From contig OY763926.1 in the NCBI GenBank assembly GCA_963667715.1, positions 213,486 through 277,485 on the forward strand: a stretch of DNA of 64,000 nt, given 5' to 3'. The stretch is from Sedimentisphaerales bacterium (GTDB lineage Bacteria; Planctomycetota; Phycisphaerae; Sedimentisphaerales; SM23-30). The translations under genes and the position numbers were made by a program. Positions 49,327 to 57,827 of this stretch are shown one piece after another. The notes below the pieces were generated by a model, which was not told the origin of the DNA, ran no database searches, and saw only the letters and a program-made list of their open reading frames with translations. Numbering within the stretch: position 1 is the stretch's first letter; each line of letters begins with the position of its first letter.

Positions 49327-49443
49327 GATTTTTGGGACGGGATAACCGACCGAGTACGGTCTGGATCTTTACGGCAGATTGAAGGTGGGGTAATGGCGGT
49401 TGATGGTGGTTTTCTTTCTCGGATTGCGGGGGAGGGGGAGATT
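49327..49443 (+). repeat. M1 element copy E (short form)
   Basis: GGGATAACC, then GACCGagtaCGGTC, then CTGGATCTTT-ACGG-CAGATTG, then a terminal G-rich hairpin. Confidence 0.55.
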
Positions 49444-49731
49444 TAATGTAAGGGCGCGAAGTTACAAAGAGTTGGTTGGAGGTGTAGGATTTTATGGAGT
49501 TTTTGGTTTGGTTGGTAAATAGGGAAGAAGAAATTGCTAGGATGCTAGGATTTTTAGGATAAGAAAATGAAGAGAAGATTGTTTCTCGCAGAGGCGCGAA
49601 GGTGCAGAGGCTTGGTTGGCGACTGAGGGTGGGTTGGTATTTGAGATATGGTTAGGAAGTAAGGAAGAAGGCTAAAGAACCCGATTAATCGGGAACTCTT
49701 GCGCGGGGGAGTTGGTTGGCGAAGTTGTATT

Positions 49732-49773
49732 ATGAATCATAAGTCCCGATGTATTTCGGAGCTTGTGATACCT
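49732..49773 (-). repeat. Class-1 REP S9 (diverged)
   Basis: TGAATCATAAGTCCCGAtgtatTTCGGAGCTTGTGATACCTA. Confidence 0.6.
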
Positions 49774-49808
49774 AAAAGGAAAGGCGACAGGAAGTTAATC
49801 CTGCCGCC
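49774..49808 (-). terminator. Rho-independent terminator of the second LamG gene
   Basis: Minus strand: GGCGGCAGG-attaactt-CCTGTCGCC followed by TTTCCTTTT, 40 nt after the stop. Confidence 0.65.
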
Positions 49809-49848
49809 TTTTATAATTTAATCTAGTTATTCTGATTTAGAATGGTAA

Positions 49849-52023
49849 TTATTCCATATCAAAACAATCTGGATACTGAGCACAGTCTAGCCAATGGCCA
49901 GCGAAAACTGCGAAGTCGAGGATGTCAACGCGGCAGTCTTCGTGTAGATCGAACATAGTGTCAGGTTTGAGAGACTGGATACAGATATCATCGTCTGGGT
50001 TCAGAGCGTGATAGTTCTGAGCAATAGTCATTTCATCCATAGGATAGTTGTAGATCTTGATTTCGTCAAGAGCACCAACGTAGTAGTTCTGACCTTCGAG
50101 AATCTTACCAATAGAAAGAGCAGTAGAGTCAGTAGCAACAGTACCAGCGTTAGCAGTAGCAGCAGCTTCGAGCTGACCGTCAACATAAACCTTCATATCG
50201 CCAGAGTCAAGATCGCGAGTAGCAACACAGTAGTGCCATACATCGTCATTGATAACCTTGCCAGAAGAGATGGTTGTGCCGTCAGAGCCAGTACCGTAAC
50301 CGAAGCCAGAGCCGCGAACAACAGTACCAAAGTCAGGGACAAAACCGCCCATTTCGCCGTCAACCAGACCTCTACCTTCCCACCAGCCGCCGGTGCCGCC
50401 AGTAACGTCAGGAGTAGTCTTAACCCACATTTCGATAGTGTAGTTATGGCGAACCATACAAGCTATTTCAACGTGTTTGTTTTCGTCAGCAATGTACTGG
50501 ATAGCGTTACCAACTTTACCAGTAGTGTAGCTCATAGTAGTTTCGGTGATGATAGGGTCAGCGTCAGCAGGGTATTCTGTATAGTAAGCAGCACCATCGT
50601 AGTTACCAGTTTCGTCGGTAGTATCATCTTCGAAAGCATAATAAGCAACCAGCTGTTCAACTTCCATAAGAGCAGTGTTTGAAAGAACAGGGATGTTACT
50701 TTCATTAACAACTGAGCAGTAGTAGTAACCCTGGTTGTCAGTAGTAATGCCATCAAGAGTCATAGTGGCAGAACCAGAATCAACGATAACGTCATCTTCA
50801 GGAGTTTCAGTAGAATCATCTGGAGTATAGTACCAGGTGTAAGCCTGTTCAGAGATACTCTGGCTAGAGATAGTCATTTCAGCAGTGCCGCCAACAGGAG
50901 CAAGAGTGAAGTCTGGCTGGTCAGTAATGACAGGTACAGAAGCCTGAGTTTCGAAATACCATAGTTTGCCAGTTTCAACGTTAGGATCGCCAGGACCGTT
51001 GTCGGTTAGAGCTTCATCAATACGCCATGTGTATATGCCGTCGAGATTGAGGTCGTCGAAAGTAACAGAAGCACCATCACCAGTAGCAGCGAAAGTAGAA
51101 ACATATACCAGGTTAGGATCGCTGGCAGTGTTGTGGTCTGGGCTCATGTATAGGTGATGTTCAATGACAGCTGGGTTAGGGTTTTCTGGGTTAGCAGGGT
51201 CCAGAGCGGTCTTCCAGCTCATAGTCAGAGTGACTTTTTCGTTAGCATTAACATCACCAACGAGAGTGTCGCCATTAGCAGGAGAAGCACCCCATGCAGT
51301 CTGGCTGGTGTTAGCGATAAGAGCATTGTTGCTGGCATCAGCACCATAAGCAAAGATATCGCTAACCTGATCATCAGTAAGAGCGTCATTATAGATACGG
51401 AAGTCAAGGGTCTTACCGTTGTAAGTAGGATCTTGCCAAGCAGAACCACAGTTAATACCGATAAGGTTAGTGAAAGATTTCAGGTCGAAATTAGCTTTTT
51501 CAACAGTCTGAATCAAAGTACCATTATTGTAAGTTCTGAAGCTTGTGCCGTCAAAAGAGAGAACAAGCTGCTGAGGGCCGGTAGAACCGATAAGATTGTC
51601 ACCATAGATGAGAGAAGAAGCACCGTCAACTCTGATATCAGCACCCCAGTTATTGTCAGGAGCATCACCACGGTCAGCACAGGCGATGATGTAGTTTGTC
51701 TGGTTAGAAGCGGTAAAGGCAAATATACCCTGCCAGTTACCTTCGATAAACCCTTCAGTCCAAGATTCGATAGTAAAAGCAGTATCGATCTCAGCGATAG
51801 CAGAAAGAGGCAGGCCCGCACCGCCAGTAACATTGGCTGGCGAAGCTGTTCCGTCTGTGACCAGAGCACCGCCTGTAACAACACCTATGTCACCGAGAGT
51901 ACCATCAGCAGAGCCGATAGAGTCAGTTACGCCGTCATTGAATTCATAGCGGTGAATCAATTCGGCGTTTGCCATAGTGCTCATACCGGCCATAGCAAGC
52001 ATTAACAACATTAATTTTTTCAT
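49849..52023 (-). CDS. Secreted LamG / Ig-like / LamG protein with C-terminal dockerin-like module (paralog of 41291-43603)
   Basis: Start at MKKLMLLMLAMAGMSTMANA behind AGGAG. YYCSVVNESNIPVLSNTALMEV is Ig-like. YTIEMWVKTT, DDVWHYCVATRD, VYVDGQLE and LDEIKIYNYP mark the second LamG domain. The tail is DLHEDCRVDILDFAVFAGHWLDC. Confidence 0.8.
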   Translation of the reverse strand: MKKLMLLMLAMAGMSTMANAELIHRYEFNDGVTDSIGSADGTLGDIGVVTGGALVTDGTASPANVTGGAGLPLSAIAEIDTAFTIESWTEGFIEGNWQGIFAFTASNQTNYIIACADRGDAPDNNWGADIRVDGASSLIYGDNLIGSTGPQQLVLSFDGTSFRTYNNGTLIQTVEKANFDLKSFTNLIGINCGSAWQDPTYNGKTLDFRIYNDALTDDQVSDIFAYGADASNNALIANTSQTAWGASPANGDTLVGDVNANEKVTLTMSWKTALDPANPENPNPAVIEHHLYMSPDHNTASDPNLVYVSTFAATGDGASVTFDDLNLDGIYTWRIDEALTDNGPGDPNVETGKLWYFETQASVPVITDQPDFTLAPVGGTAEMTISSQSISEQAYTWYYTPDDSTETPEDDVIVDSGSATMTLDGITTDNQGYYYCSVVNESNIPVLSNTALMEVEQLVAYYAFEDDTTDETGNYDGAAYYTEYPADADPIITETTMSYTTGKVGNAIQYIADENKHVEIACMVRHNYTIEMWVKTTPDVTGGTGGWWEGRGLVDGEMGGFVPDFGTVVRGSGFGYGTGSDGTTISSGKVINDDVWHYCVATRDLDSGDMKVYVDGQLEAAATANAGTVATDSTALSIGKILEGQNYYVGALDEIKIYNYPMDEMTIAQNYHALNPDDDICIQSLKPDTMFDLHEDCRVDILDFAVFAGHWLDCAQYPDCFDME

Positions 52024-53059
52024 TTCCGATCTCCTAATCAAAAAATCAAACCATGCATAACCAGACAGAACCAATCTGCTAACTTATGCATAAATATTTA
52101 ACACAATCCAAAATAAAAAACCAAAGACTAATACACTATGCTGACATGCTTAGAAAAAAACAGGCGAAAGCCAGCAAAGCCCAAGAGTCTGAATTTAAAT
52201 AGAACATCGCATTGAAACGAGAGATATGTCCTCTTTCCTCAATAGACTATTAATATAGTCAGACACAATAATGACGAGAGCCAGATTTAAAAAAGAAAAA
52301 TTTAAACATGACTAATGCCAAAATAATGTCAGATGCTCTTTGCTATTTAAACCAATACTTAAATTCAATTAATGTTGCGCAGTATCAGAAAGGATCCTGC
52401 TGAAAAAAAAGTCGATTTACAAAACGTATAAAATAGAAAACAACCAGAGAAATACGATTTGTAAGAAGTCCTCTATGATTTCTCTAACTTCATTTTTTAT
52501 TATAACAACTGTACAATTAAAACCTATAGGACTTTTGTGACAAATATAGGACAAATCGCCCCTTTATGGTTAAAATGTTGCTTCTTATGGTTAAATATCG
52601 TCAAAAACAGGTATGTCTGGTAGGAAAAAAATAGAAAAACAGGTGAATTAATGGAAAATATGCGCAAAATGGTGTGTTTTGGTTAATTTTTAGCCATATT
52701 GTCAGGTATTATTGTGCTAGAAAGGTTTGTTAAAGAGCAAAAAAGCAGGAGTGATATTCGGTGGAATTGATTATATAAAAGTAGTAAAGGGAATAGATGA
52801 GTGATATGCGCGCAGAAAAACACCCGCCCTGGTATACAGAACAGGTGTTAAACCGTATTTCGATGACCCTGCCGGATTAGGGGCAGGTTATCTCAATGAC
52901 TTCCTTGTCGTAATGCACTGGAAGTGCAAAGTGCGGCCCTGCAAATAAACATAGTAACCTAAGAGGCTACAGGTTGGTTAAGCTATGGATTGCTTTTTTA
53001 TAAATAGCTATAATATAGTTATTTATAAGAGTTAAAGGCAAAGTTAGCTTAACTACTGC

Positions 53060-53137
53060 TTATTTGTGGTGACGAGCTTTCCAGCGAGCTTTTCTTTTCT
53101 TGCTGCCAATTTTACGACGGCGTCTTGATTTACCCAT
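53060..53137 (-). CDS. Candidate 25-aa highly basic small protein (MGKSRRRRKIGSKKRKARWKARHHK), possibly ribosome-associated (bS22/Thx-like class)
   Basis: Below the ORF-track size cutoff. ATG is preceded by GGAG at 7-nt spacing. 16 of 25 residues are K/R/H. It begins MGK like small basic ribosomal proteins. Confidence 0.4.
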   Translation of the reverse strand: MGKSRRRRKIGSKKRKARWKARHHK

Positions 53138-53224
53138 AATAATCTCCAAATTTTATCAAAAGTTATATACATTTGCTTGTCAACAAAATAGAGTTCCATA
53201 TAGTAACAGAGGGGGTTGGGTAAT

Positions 53225-53899
53225 GCAAGGGAAAAAGTTGTGAGGGTGGATTGTTTGGTGATTTGCGAGGGTGAGAATGAGGAGAAGGAAGAGTTTTTTA
53301 TCCACGGATTTATTTAAATGGGTTCGCTGCCGCGAACTGCTGGTTGATTAATTTACACAGATTTAAGAGGGAGGATTAAGATGTATTTACCATGAAGTTC
53401 ATGGAGATCTTAGGGCGGTCGAGCCGCAACCAAAAGTTTAATGTAAGAAGAGAATTAAGAGTTTAACGCAAAGACGCAAGGTCGCAAAGAGTTGGTTGGC
53501 GATTGGGAGTTAGTTTGAGATGGTAGCATGAAGAATTTTTTGCAGGGATTAGAGGATGAGAAGATGATAATAAGGATAGCGAATTAAGGTTATTAATCTG
53601 CAAAGTTCGTGTGCATTTTAACGAGAATGTAACGTGCGATTATTTTGCAAGTTACATCGAATGTGAAAAATAATGAGACATATAACACAAGAAGTTGATG
53701 GATAGTAGTACTGAGAAGAAGAGGAGTTCGCGCAAAGGAGGGGAGGGGAATTAAGAAGGTAAAGAATTAAGGCTAGTATGCTAGGATTTTTAGGATAAGA
53801 GGGAGAATATTTTTTGCGTAGCTGGCGGAGGGGGAAAGGAAGAAGACTAAAGAATCCGATGAATCGGGAACTCTTGCGCGCGGGGGGGGGGAGATTGGG
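53225..53899 (+). repeat. Mosaic intergenic cluster C13 (a, b, c, d, g-variant, i, g, j)
   Basis: Module a is at 53301-53370. Module i is at ~53575-53705. Module j has loop variant ATCCGATGAATCGGGA. Confidence 0.85.
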
Positions 53900-54487
53900 T
53901 TATTTCAAAGTGTTTGGGGGGTGATGGAAGATGTCGATGGGGTTGCTGTTGTTGAGTGAGAGCATGGTCATGTTGATGATCTTGAACCTGCCTTTGGAGT
54001 CTTTTCTAAAGTTGAATAGCCATTTGCTGGTGGTCATGCCGGCGGCGGCGAAATCGCCTTGCTGGTCGAAGATGGTTATCGCGGTGAACTCGGCGCTGGC
54101 ATCTTGTGGGTCGGTAGAGGTTACATCGATCGATTTGATATAGTTTGACGAGAAAGGTTTTCTCTTTATGTATTTTACTATGATATTTGCAACCTGATCG
54201 AGATCGAGGTTTGAGATCATGAGTTCATTGTGAAGAGTGCCGATCATGGCGCCGGTGTCGGGGGTGACGGAAGCTGCTACGATCTTTTTAGTGACGGCGA
54301 TTATCTGTTCGCGGTCGGTTTCGACAGAATAGTCGAGAGTCCAAGCGGCGAGAGCAATAACTGGGCCGATGAGCAGGGCGAGATATCTGTGCTGGCGTTG
54401 CGAGATGAAAAAGAAGGCCAGGGCGAATAGCTCGGCAATAACGGCGGTATAATATAGCCAGTTGAGGTTGTCGAAGAGGAAAAGCAT
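53900..54487 (-). CDS. Hypothetical membrane-anchored protein
   Basis: 195 aa, with 3 N-terminal hydrophobic segments and a ~110-aa soluble C-terminal domain. It is the last gene downstream of cdaA-cdaR. Confidence 0.5.
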   Translation of the reverse strand: MLFLFDNLNWLYYTAVIAELFALAFFFISQRQHRYLALLIGPVIALAAWTLDYSVETDREQIIAVTKKIVAASVTPDTGAMIGTLHNELMISNLDLDQVANIIVKYIKRKPFSSNYIKSIDVTSTDPQDASAEFTAITIFDQQGDFAAAGMTTSKWLFNFRKDSKGRFKIINMTMLSLNNSNPIDIFHHPPNTLK

Positions 54488-54595
54488 CTTGTTTGGAGTT
54501 CGTTATTATTAATGTATATGTAAGCTCATAACTAATTATTGAGGCAGTAAGGTTGAAAGGTGCGGTTTCTCGCTGCGCTCGATATTGTGATTAAG

Positions 54596-55609
54596 TTAGT
54601 TTTCCAGTTTTGTTATTGTGAATCTTATTGGTGATTTTTTCTGGTTCAGGATCTCTATGCCGGTGCCGCCTTGTGGGAGGTTGTATATAGGAATTCTTTC
54701 TATCGGTTTGTCGATAGTTGCCAGGTCTTCAACGGTGATTACGATCATAAGGTGTACGGGTGATTCGTAATAAGAGTCCAGATTCTGTTTGTCGCCGCGA
54801 CACTGGATCGGCTGTTGATATTCGTCAAACTGAGGAGACTTTTCGTCGAGAATAACTTTATACTGACCTTCAAGTGAGATAGGCCATAGCACACCGAAAC
54901 GGGGAGAGTTTATCTCTCGTTCAGGGATGATACTGACGATAGGCGAAATTTTTACAGAGATATCGAACTCGGCCGGGTTGCGGTACGGGGTAAAGACGGC
55001 AGCCTTTACAGTGACCGGTTTTTCGGTTGCTTCCTGACGCTGTTTGTCGGTTAGTTCGACGACGGCTTCGACCTTATTAGAGTTTATCACATAAGCTTCT
55101 ACCTCTTTTGGTGAGACGAGCTCAGGTGATAGTTTCTGGCGACGATGATAGACGGCGACTGGTACCATTTTTTTTACCAGACTGGTGACCTTTACGTTTA
55201 CGGTCTGGGGGTTGGCCTCAGTGATCATTAGGAAATGGTTGCGGTCGTCGACTTTGAACTTGCCGCCGAGAAGGTCTTTGACCTTTACCTGGACAATTTC
55301 GCTGGTGCCAGAATCTGGTACGGTGTCGATAACGGCGGTATTAACGTCGAAGACATTAGAGTTTAGTTTTGCGGCCTGATTGATCCTGCCGGTAGTACCT
55401 TCGACAGTGAATTTTGCGTCGAGTTTATTATCGGGTAGGGTGGCGTTATTTTCGTCGAGGAATTCGATAATGGTATCGCCGTCATTTTGCGGGATCTGTA
55501 GTCGTACGCGTACCTGATCGCTCTTGGTAACAGCCTGTTCGGCAGTAATCCAGATGAGGCAGGTAAGAACAACGACGATAAGTCCACTTTTTATTTTTTC
55601 GAAATCCAT
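54596..55609 (-). CDS. cdaR: CdaR-like (YbbR-domain) regulator of diadenylate cyclase
   Basis: A single N-terminal TM followed by repeated beta-rich segments. It lies immediately downstream of cdaA, as in the canonical cdaA-cdaR operon. Confidence 0.6.
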   Translation of the reverse strand: MDFEKIKSGLIVVVLTCLIWITAEQAVTKSDQVRVRLQIPQNDGDTIIEFLDENNATLPDNKLDAKFTVEGTTGRINQAAKLNSNVFDVNTAVIDTVPDSGTSEIVQVKVKDLLGGKFKVDDRNHFLMITEANPQTVNVKVTSLVKKMVPVAVYHRRQKLSPELVSPKEVEAYVINSNKVEAVVELTDKQRQEATEKPVTVKAAVFTPYRNPAEFDISVKISPIVSIIPEREINSPRFGVLWPISLEGQYKVILDEKSPQFDEYQQPIQCRGDKQNLDSYYESPVHLMIVITVEDLATIDKPIERIPIYNLPQGGTGIEILNQKKSPIRFTITKLEN

Positions 55610-55675
55610 AAGTAATTAGCAAAAAGTTAAAGGTAAAAAGTTAAAAGTAAAAAAGGTGAAAAAAAACAGCAGTTA

Positions 55676-56512
55676 TCAAGCTGTTTTTTTCTTAGCCTTT
55701 GCTTTCTTTTTGGCGTTGGCTTTTTCTTCTCTGGTCTTAACGGTCAGGTCATATAGCTGCTGTCTGAGCTGTTCGACGGTCAGGAATCGAGCGAGTTTGC
55801 CGTCGAGAGCGAGCGAGATATTCCCAGTTTCTTCGCTGACGACAACAATAGCGGCGTCAGTGACTTTACTAAGACCGATAGCGGCCCGATGTCTGGAGCC
55901 GAGCTGTCTGTCATATTCGCCATGTTCTGCGAGCGGGAACTGAACTCCGGCAGCGGTGATCATGCCGTTACTGACGACTACGCCCATATCGTGGAGCGGA
56001 GTTCCGGGCCAGAATATGGTATTAAGCAGGTCAACACTGACATTAGCGTTTAGGATAGTACCGGTATCGATCCAGTCGCCGAGCTTAACTTCTCTTTCGA
56101 TAGCGACGATTGCACCGATCTGGGCACGGCTCATGGCGGCGACGGCGTTAACTATATCTTCGATAGCGCGAGCGGTTTCGGTAAACTCGCTTCTGCCGAA
56201 TTTTGTACCACCGAGTCTGATAAGCCCTCTTCTGATCTCCGGTTGGAAAGCTACGGTCGAGATGAGCATAACCGAGACGAGGAAATATTTGAGCAGCAGC
56301 TGTATGCGTTCTAGCTCGAGTCCGAGACTATTGGAAATAAAGCTAAGTCCCCAGACAGAGAATAGGATGAATACGACCCCGCGGAAAAGTTTTTCGCCGC
56401 CGGTACCTTTCAGGAATCGCATAACCGACCATACGGCGAACCCGATAAGGAGCATTTCGATCATGATAGGACCGAGCTCGTAAGTTTTAAGAAATTCCAA
56501 GTATTCCTGCAA
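55676..56512 (-). CDS. cdaA: Diadenylate cyclase CdaA (c-di-AMP synthase)
   Basis: Three N-terminal TMs. DAC domain motifs: SRAQIGAIVAIERE, PGTPLHDMGVVV and LGSRHRAAIGLSKVTDAAIVVVSEETGNISLA. Apparent TTG start. Confidence 0.9.
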   Translation of the reverse strand: MQEYLEFLKTYELGPIMIEMLLIGFAVWSVMRFLKGTGGEKLFRGVVFILFSVWGLSFISNSLGLELERIQLLLKYFLVSVMLISTVAFQPEIRRGLIRLGGTKFGRSEFTETARAIEDIVNAVAAMSRAQIGAIVAIEREVKLGDWIDTGTILNANVSVDLLNTIFWPGTPLHDMGVVVSNGMITAAGVQFPLAEHGEYDRQLGSRHRAAIGLSKVTDAAIVVVSEETGNISLALDGKLARFLTVEQLRQQLYDLTVKTREEKANAKKKAKAKKKTA

Positions 56513-56665
56513 GGAAGAACCTCGTTTGTTATTGTAAAAGGTATAAAGTAAAAGGTAAAAGGTTCGTTCGTAAAAAGAGCTTCGGTAACCGAGAACAAAC
56601 GAATATTACAATCAATTCAGGGCGGTTACCTTAATCCTTATTTCGGCGTAATGCTGGTCAAAACA

Positions 56666-57406
56666 TTAATCAAACTCGTCGCCTTTGAAGCTTTGTCCGA
56701 GATATGTTTCTCTAACGATCTTATTATTAACGAGTTCTTTAGGTGAGCCGGAGGCGAGCACCTTACCTTCATTTATAATATAAGCTCTGTCAACGACTTC
56801 CAGCGTTCTTTCAACGTTGTGGTCGGTGATGAGGATACTGATGCCACGGTCCTGTAGAGAACGAATCTCCTTTTGCAGGTCTTCGACGGCGATGGGGTCA
56901 ACGCCGCTGAAAGGTTCGTCGAGCAGTATGAGAGAAGGGTTAGTGACGAGCGATCTGGCGATCTCCAGCTTTCTTCTTTCTCCGCCGGAGAGGACGCGAG
57001 CGTCAGATTTTCTAACTTTTTCGAGTCCGAACTGGCTAATAAGCTCGTTAGCTCTTCTGATTCGGTCGGCCCTGGTAAGGCTCATAGTCTCTAGAATAGC
57101 GAGCAGATTCTGTTCAACGGTAAGTCTCTGGAAAACACTAGGCTCCTGAGATAGATATCCGATACCCATTCTGGCCCTGCGGTACATAGGCAGCTTTGAA
57201 ATGTCATGTCCTTCGAATATGACTTTGCCATCGTCAGGCTGTACCATGCCGATAGTCATTCTGAACGAAGTTGTTTTGCCGGCACCGTTTCTGCCAAGTA
57301 GCCCTATGCTTTCTCGGTCGTAAACAGCGATCGATACGCCATTTACAACGGTTCTGCCATTGTATTTTTTGACGAGATTCCTGGTTTCTAAAAGAACCAT
57401 GTCCAT
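56666..57406 (-). CDS. lptB: LPS export ABC transporter ATP-binding protein
   Basis: GLLGRNGAGKTT, YLSQEPSVFQRLTVEQNL, LSGGERRKLEIARSL and ILLDEPFSGVDP. The start is uncertain: ATG at 57406 or 57400, or the track's GTG at 57439. Confidence 0.85.
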   Translation of the reverse strand: MDMVLLETRNLVKKYNGRTVVNGVSIAVYDRESIGLLGRNGAGKTTSFRMTIGMVQPDDGKVIFEGHDISKLPMYRRARMGIGYLSQEPSVFQRLTVEQNLLAILETMSLTRADRIRRANELISQFGLEKVRKSDARVLSGGERRKLEIARSLVTNPSLILLDEPFSGVDPIAVEDLQKEIRSLQDRGISILITDHNVERTLEVVDRAYIINEGKVLASGSPKELVNNKIVRETYLGQSFKGDEFD

Positions 57407-57460
57407 AGTATATAAGTTCCGTATATCTGGTAGGGCCACAGAAGTGGCGTTAGTTATTAA

Positions 57461-57648
57461 CTCAAACTGACCGATGGTTAGTTTGAGAGGAGTTAGTCCC
57501 GATGTGCTTCGGGATAGAATTTAGCAATTAGTTGAATAAAAAGTCTTCAATCAGCAACTACTAATTTTTATCCCGATGTACTTCGGGACTAAAATCTTTT
57601 TTTATAGTGAATTACGACATTCAAACTGAGGCTTTCGGTCAGTTTGAG
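57461..57648 (+). mobile_element. MITE-like element X2 (188 bp), same 14-bp TIRs as X1, carrying two nested mini-hairpins
   Basis: CTCAAACTGACCGA ... TCGGTCAGTTTGAG. Extra TCCCGATGTGCTTCGGGA (57497-57514) and TCCCGATGTACTTCGGGA (57571-57588) are absent from X1. Confidence 0.6.
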
Positions 57649-57721
57649 TTGTTTATAACCATATTAATGGTCAGAGTTATTATAATTTTGATTGGTTGTG
57701 TGGTCAAAGGAATAATGATTA

Positions 57722-57820
57722 AGTGCAAAGGTGAAGAAGTGCAAAGGTGAAGAAGTGCAAAGTGCGAAGTGCGAAGTGCAAAGTGCGAAGAGGGAAGAGG
57801 GAAGAGAGGAGGGGGGGAAG
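57722..57820 (+). repeat. Purine-rich microsatellite block (GTGCAAA/GTGCGAA heptamers, GGTGAAGAAGTGCAAA, GAGGGAA)
   Basis: AGTGCAAAGGTGAAGAAGTGCAAAGGTGAAGAAGTGCAAAGTGCGAAGTGCGAAGTGCAAAGTGCGAAGAGGGAAGAGGGAAGAG. Confidence 0.85.
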
Positions 57821-57827
57821 TAAGTGG

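Larger units (their letters stand above)
49166..49775 (+). repeat. Mosaic intergenic cluster C12 (a, (GTGCGAA)x3, M1 short form, c, g, h, j, S9)
   Basis: Module a is at 49176-49245, starting 11 nt after the mscS stop. GTGCGAAGTGCGAAGTGCGAAG is at 49306-49327. Confidence 0.85.

Noticed and set aside
52800-53059. Structured region downstream of the small basic ORF as SRP RNA, 6S RNA or tmRNA
   Set aside because: I could not find the SRP helix-8 motif (GGAA tetraloop with AGCAGC-type loops), a tmRNA tag ORF or tRNA-like end, or a 6S-like central bubble. I keep it only as a possible 3' UTR.
4701-53370. Co-oriented repeats between genes as integron attC sites / a gene-cassette array
   Set aside because: There is no intI. 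The flanking genes are housekeeping genes in both orientations. The modules do not fit the attC R''-L''..L'-R' (RYYYAAC..GTTRRRY) pattern.
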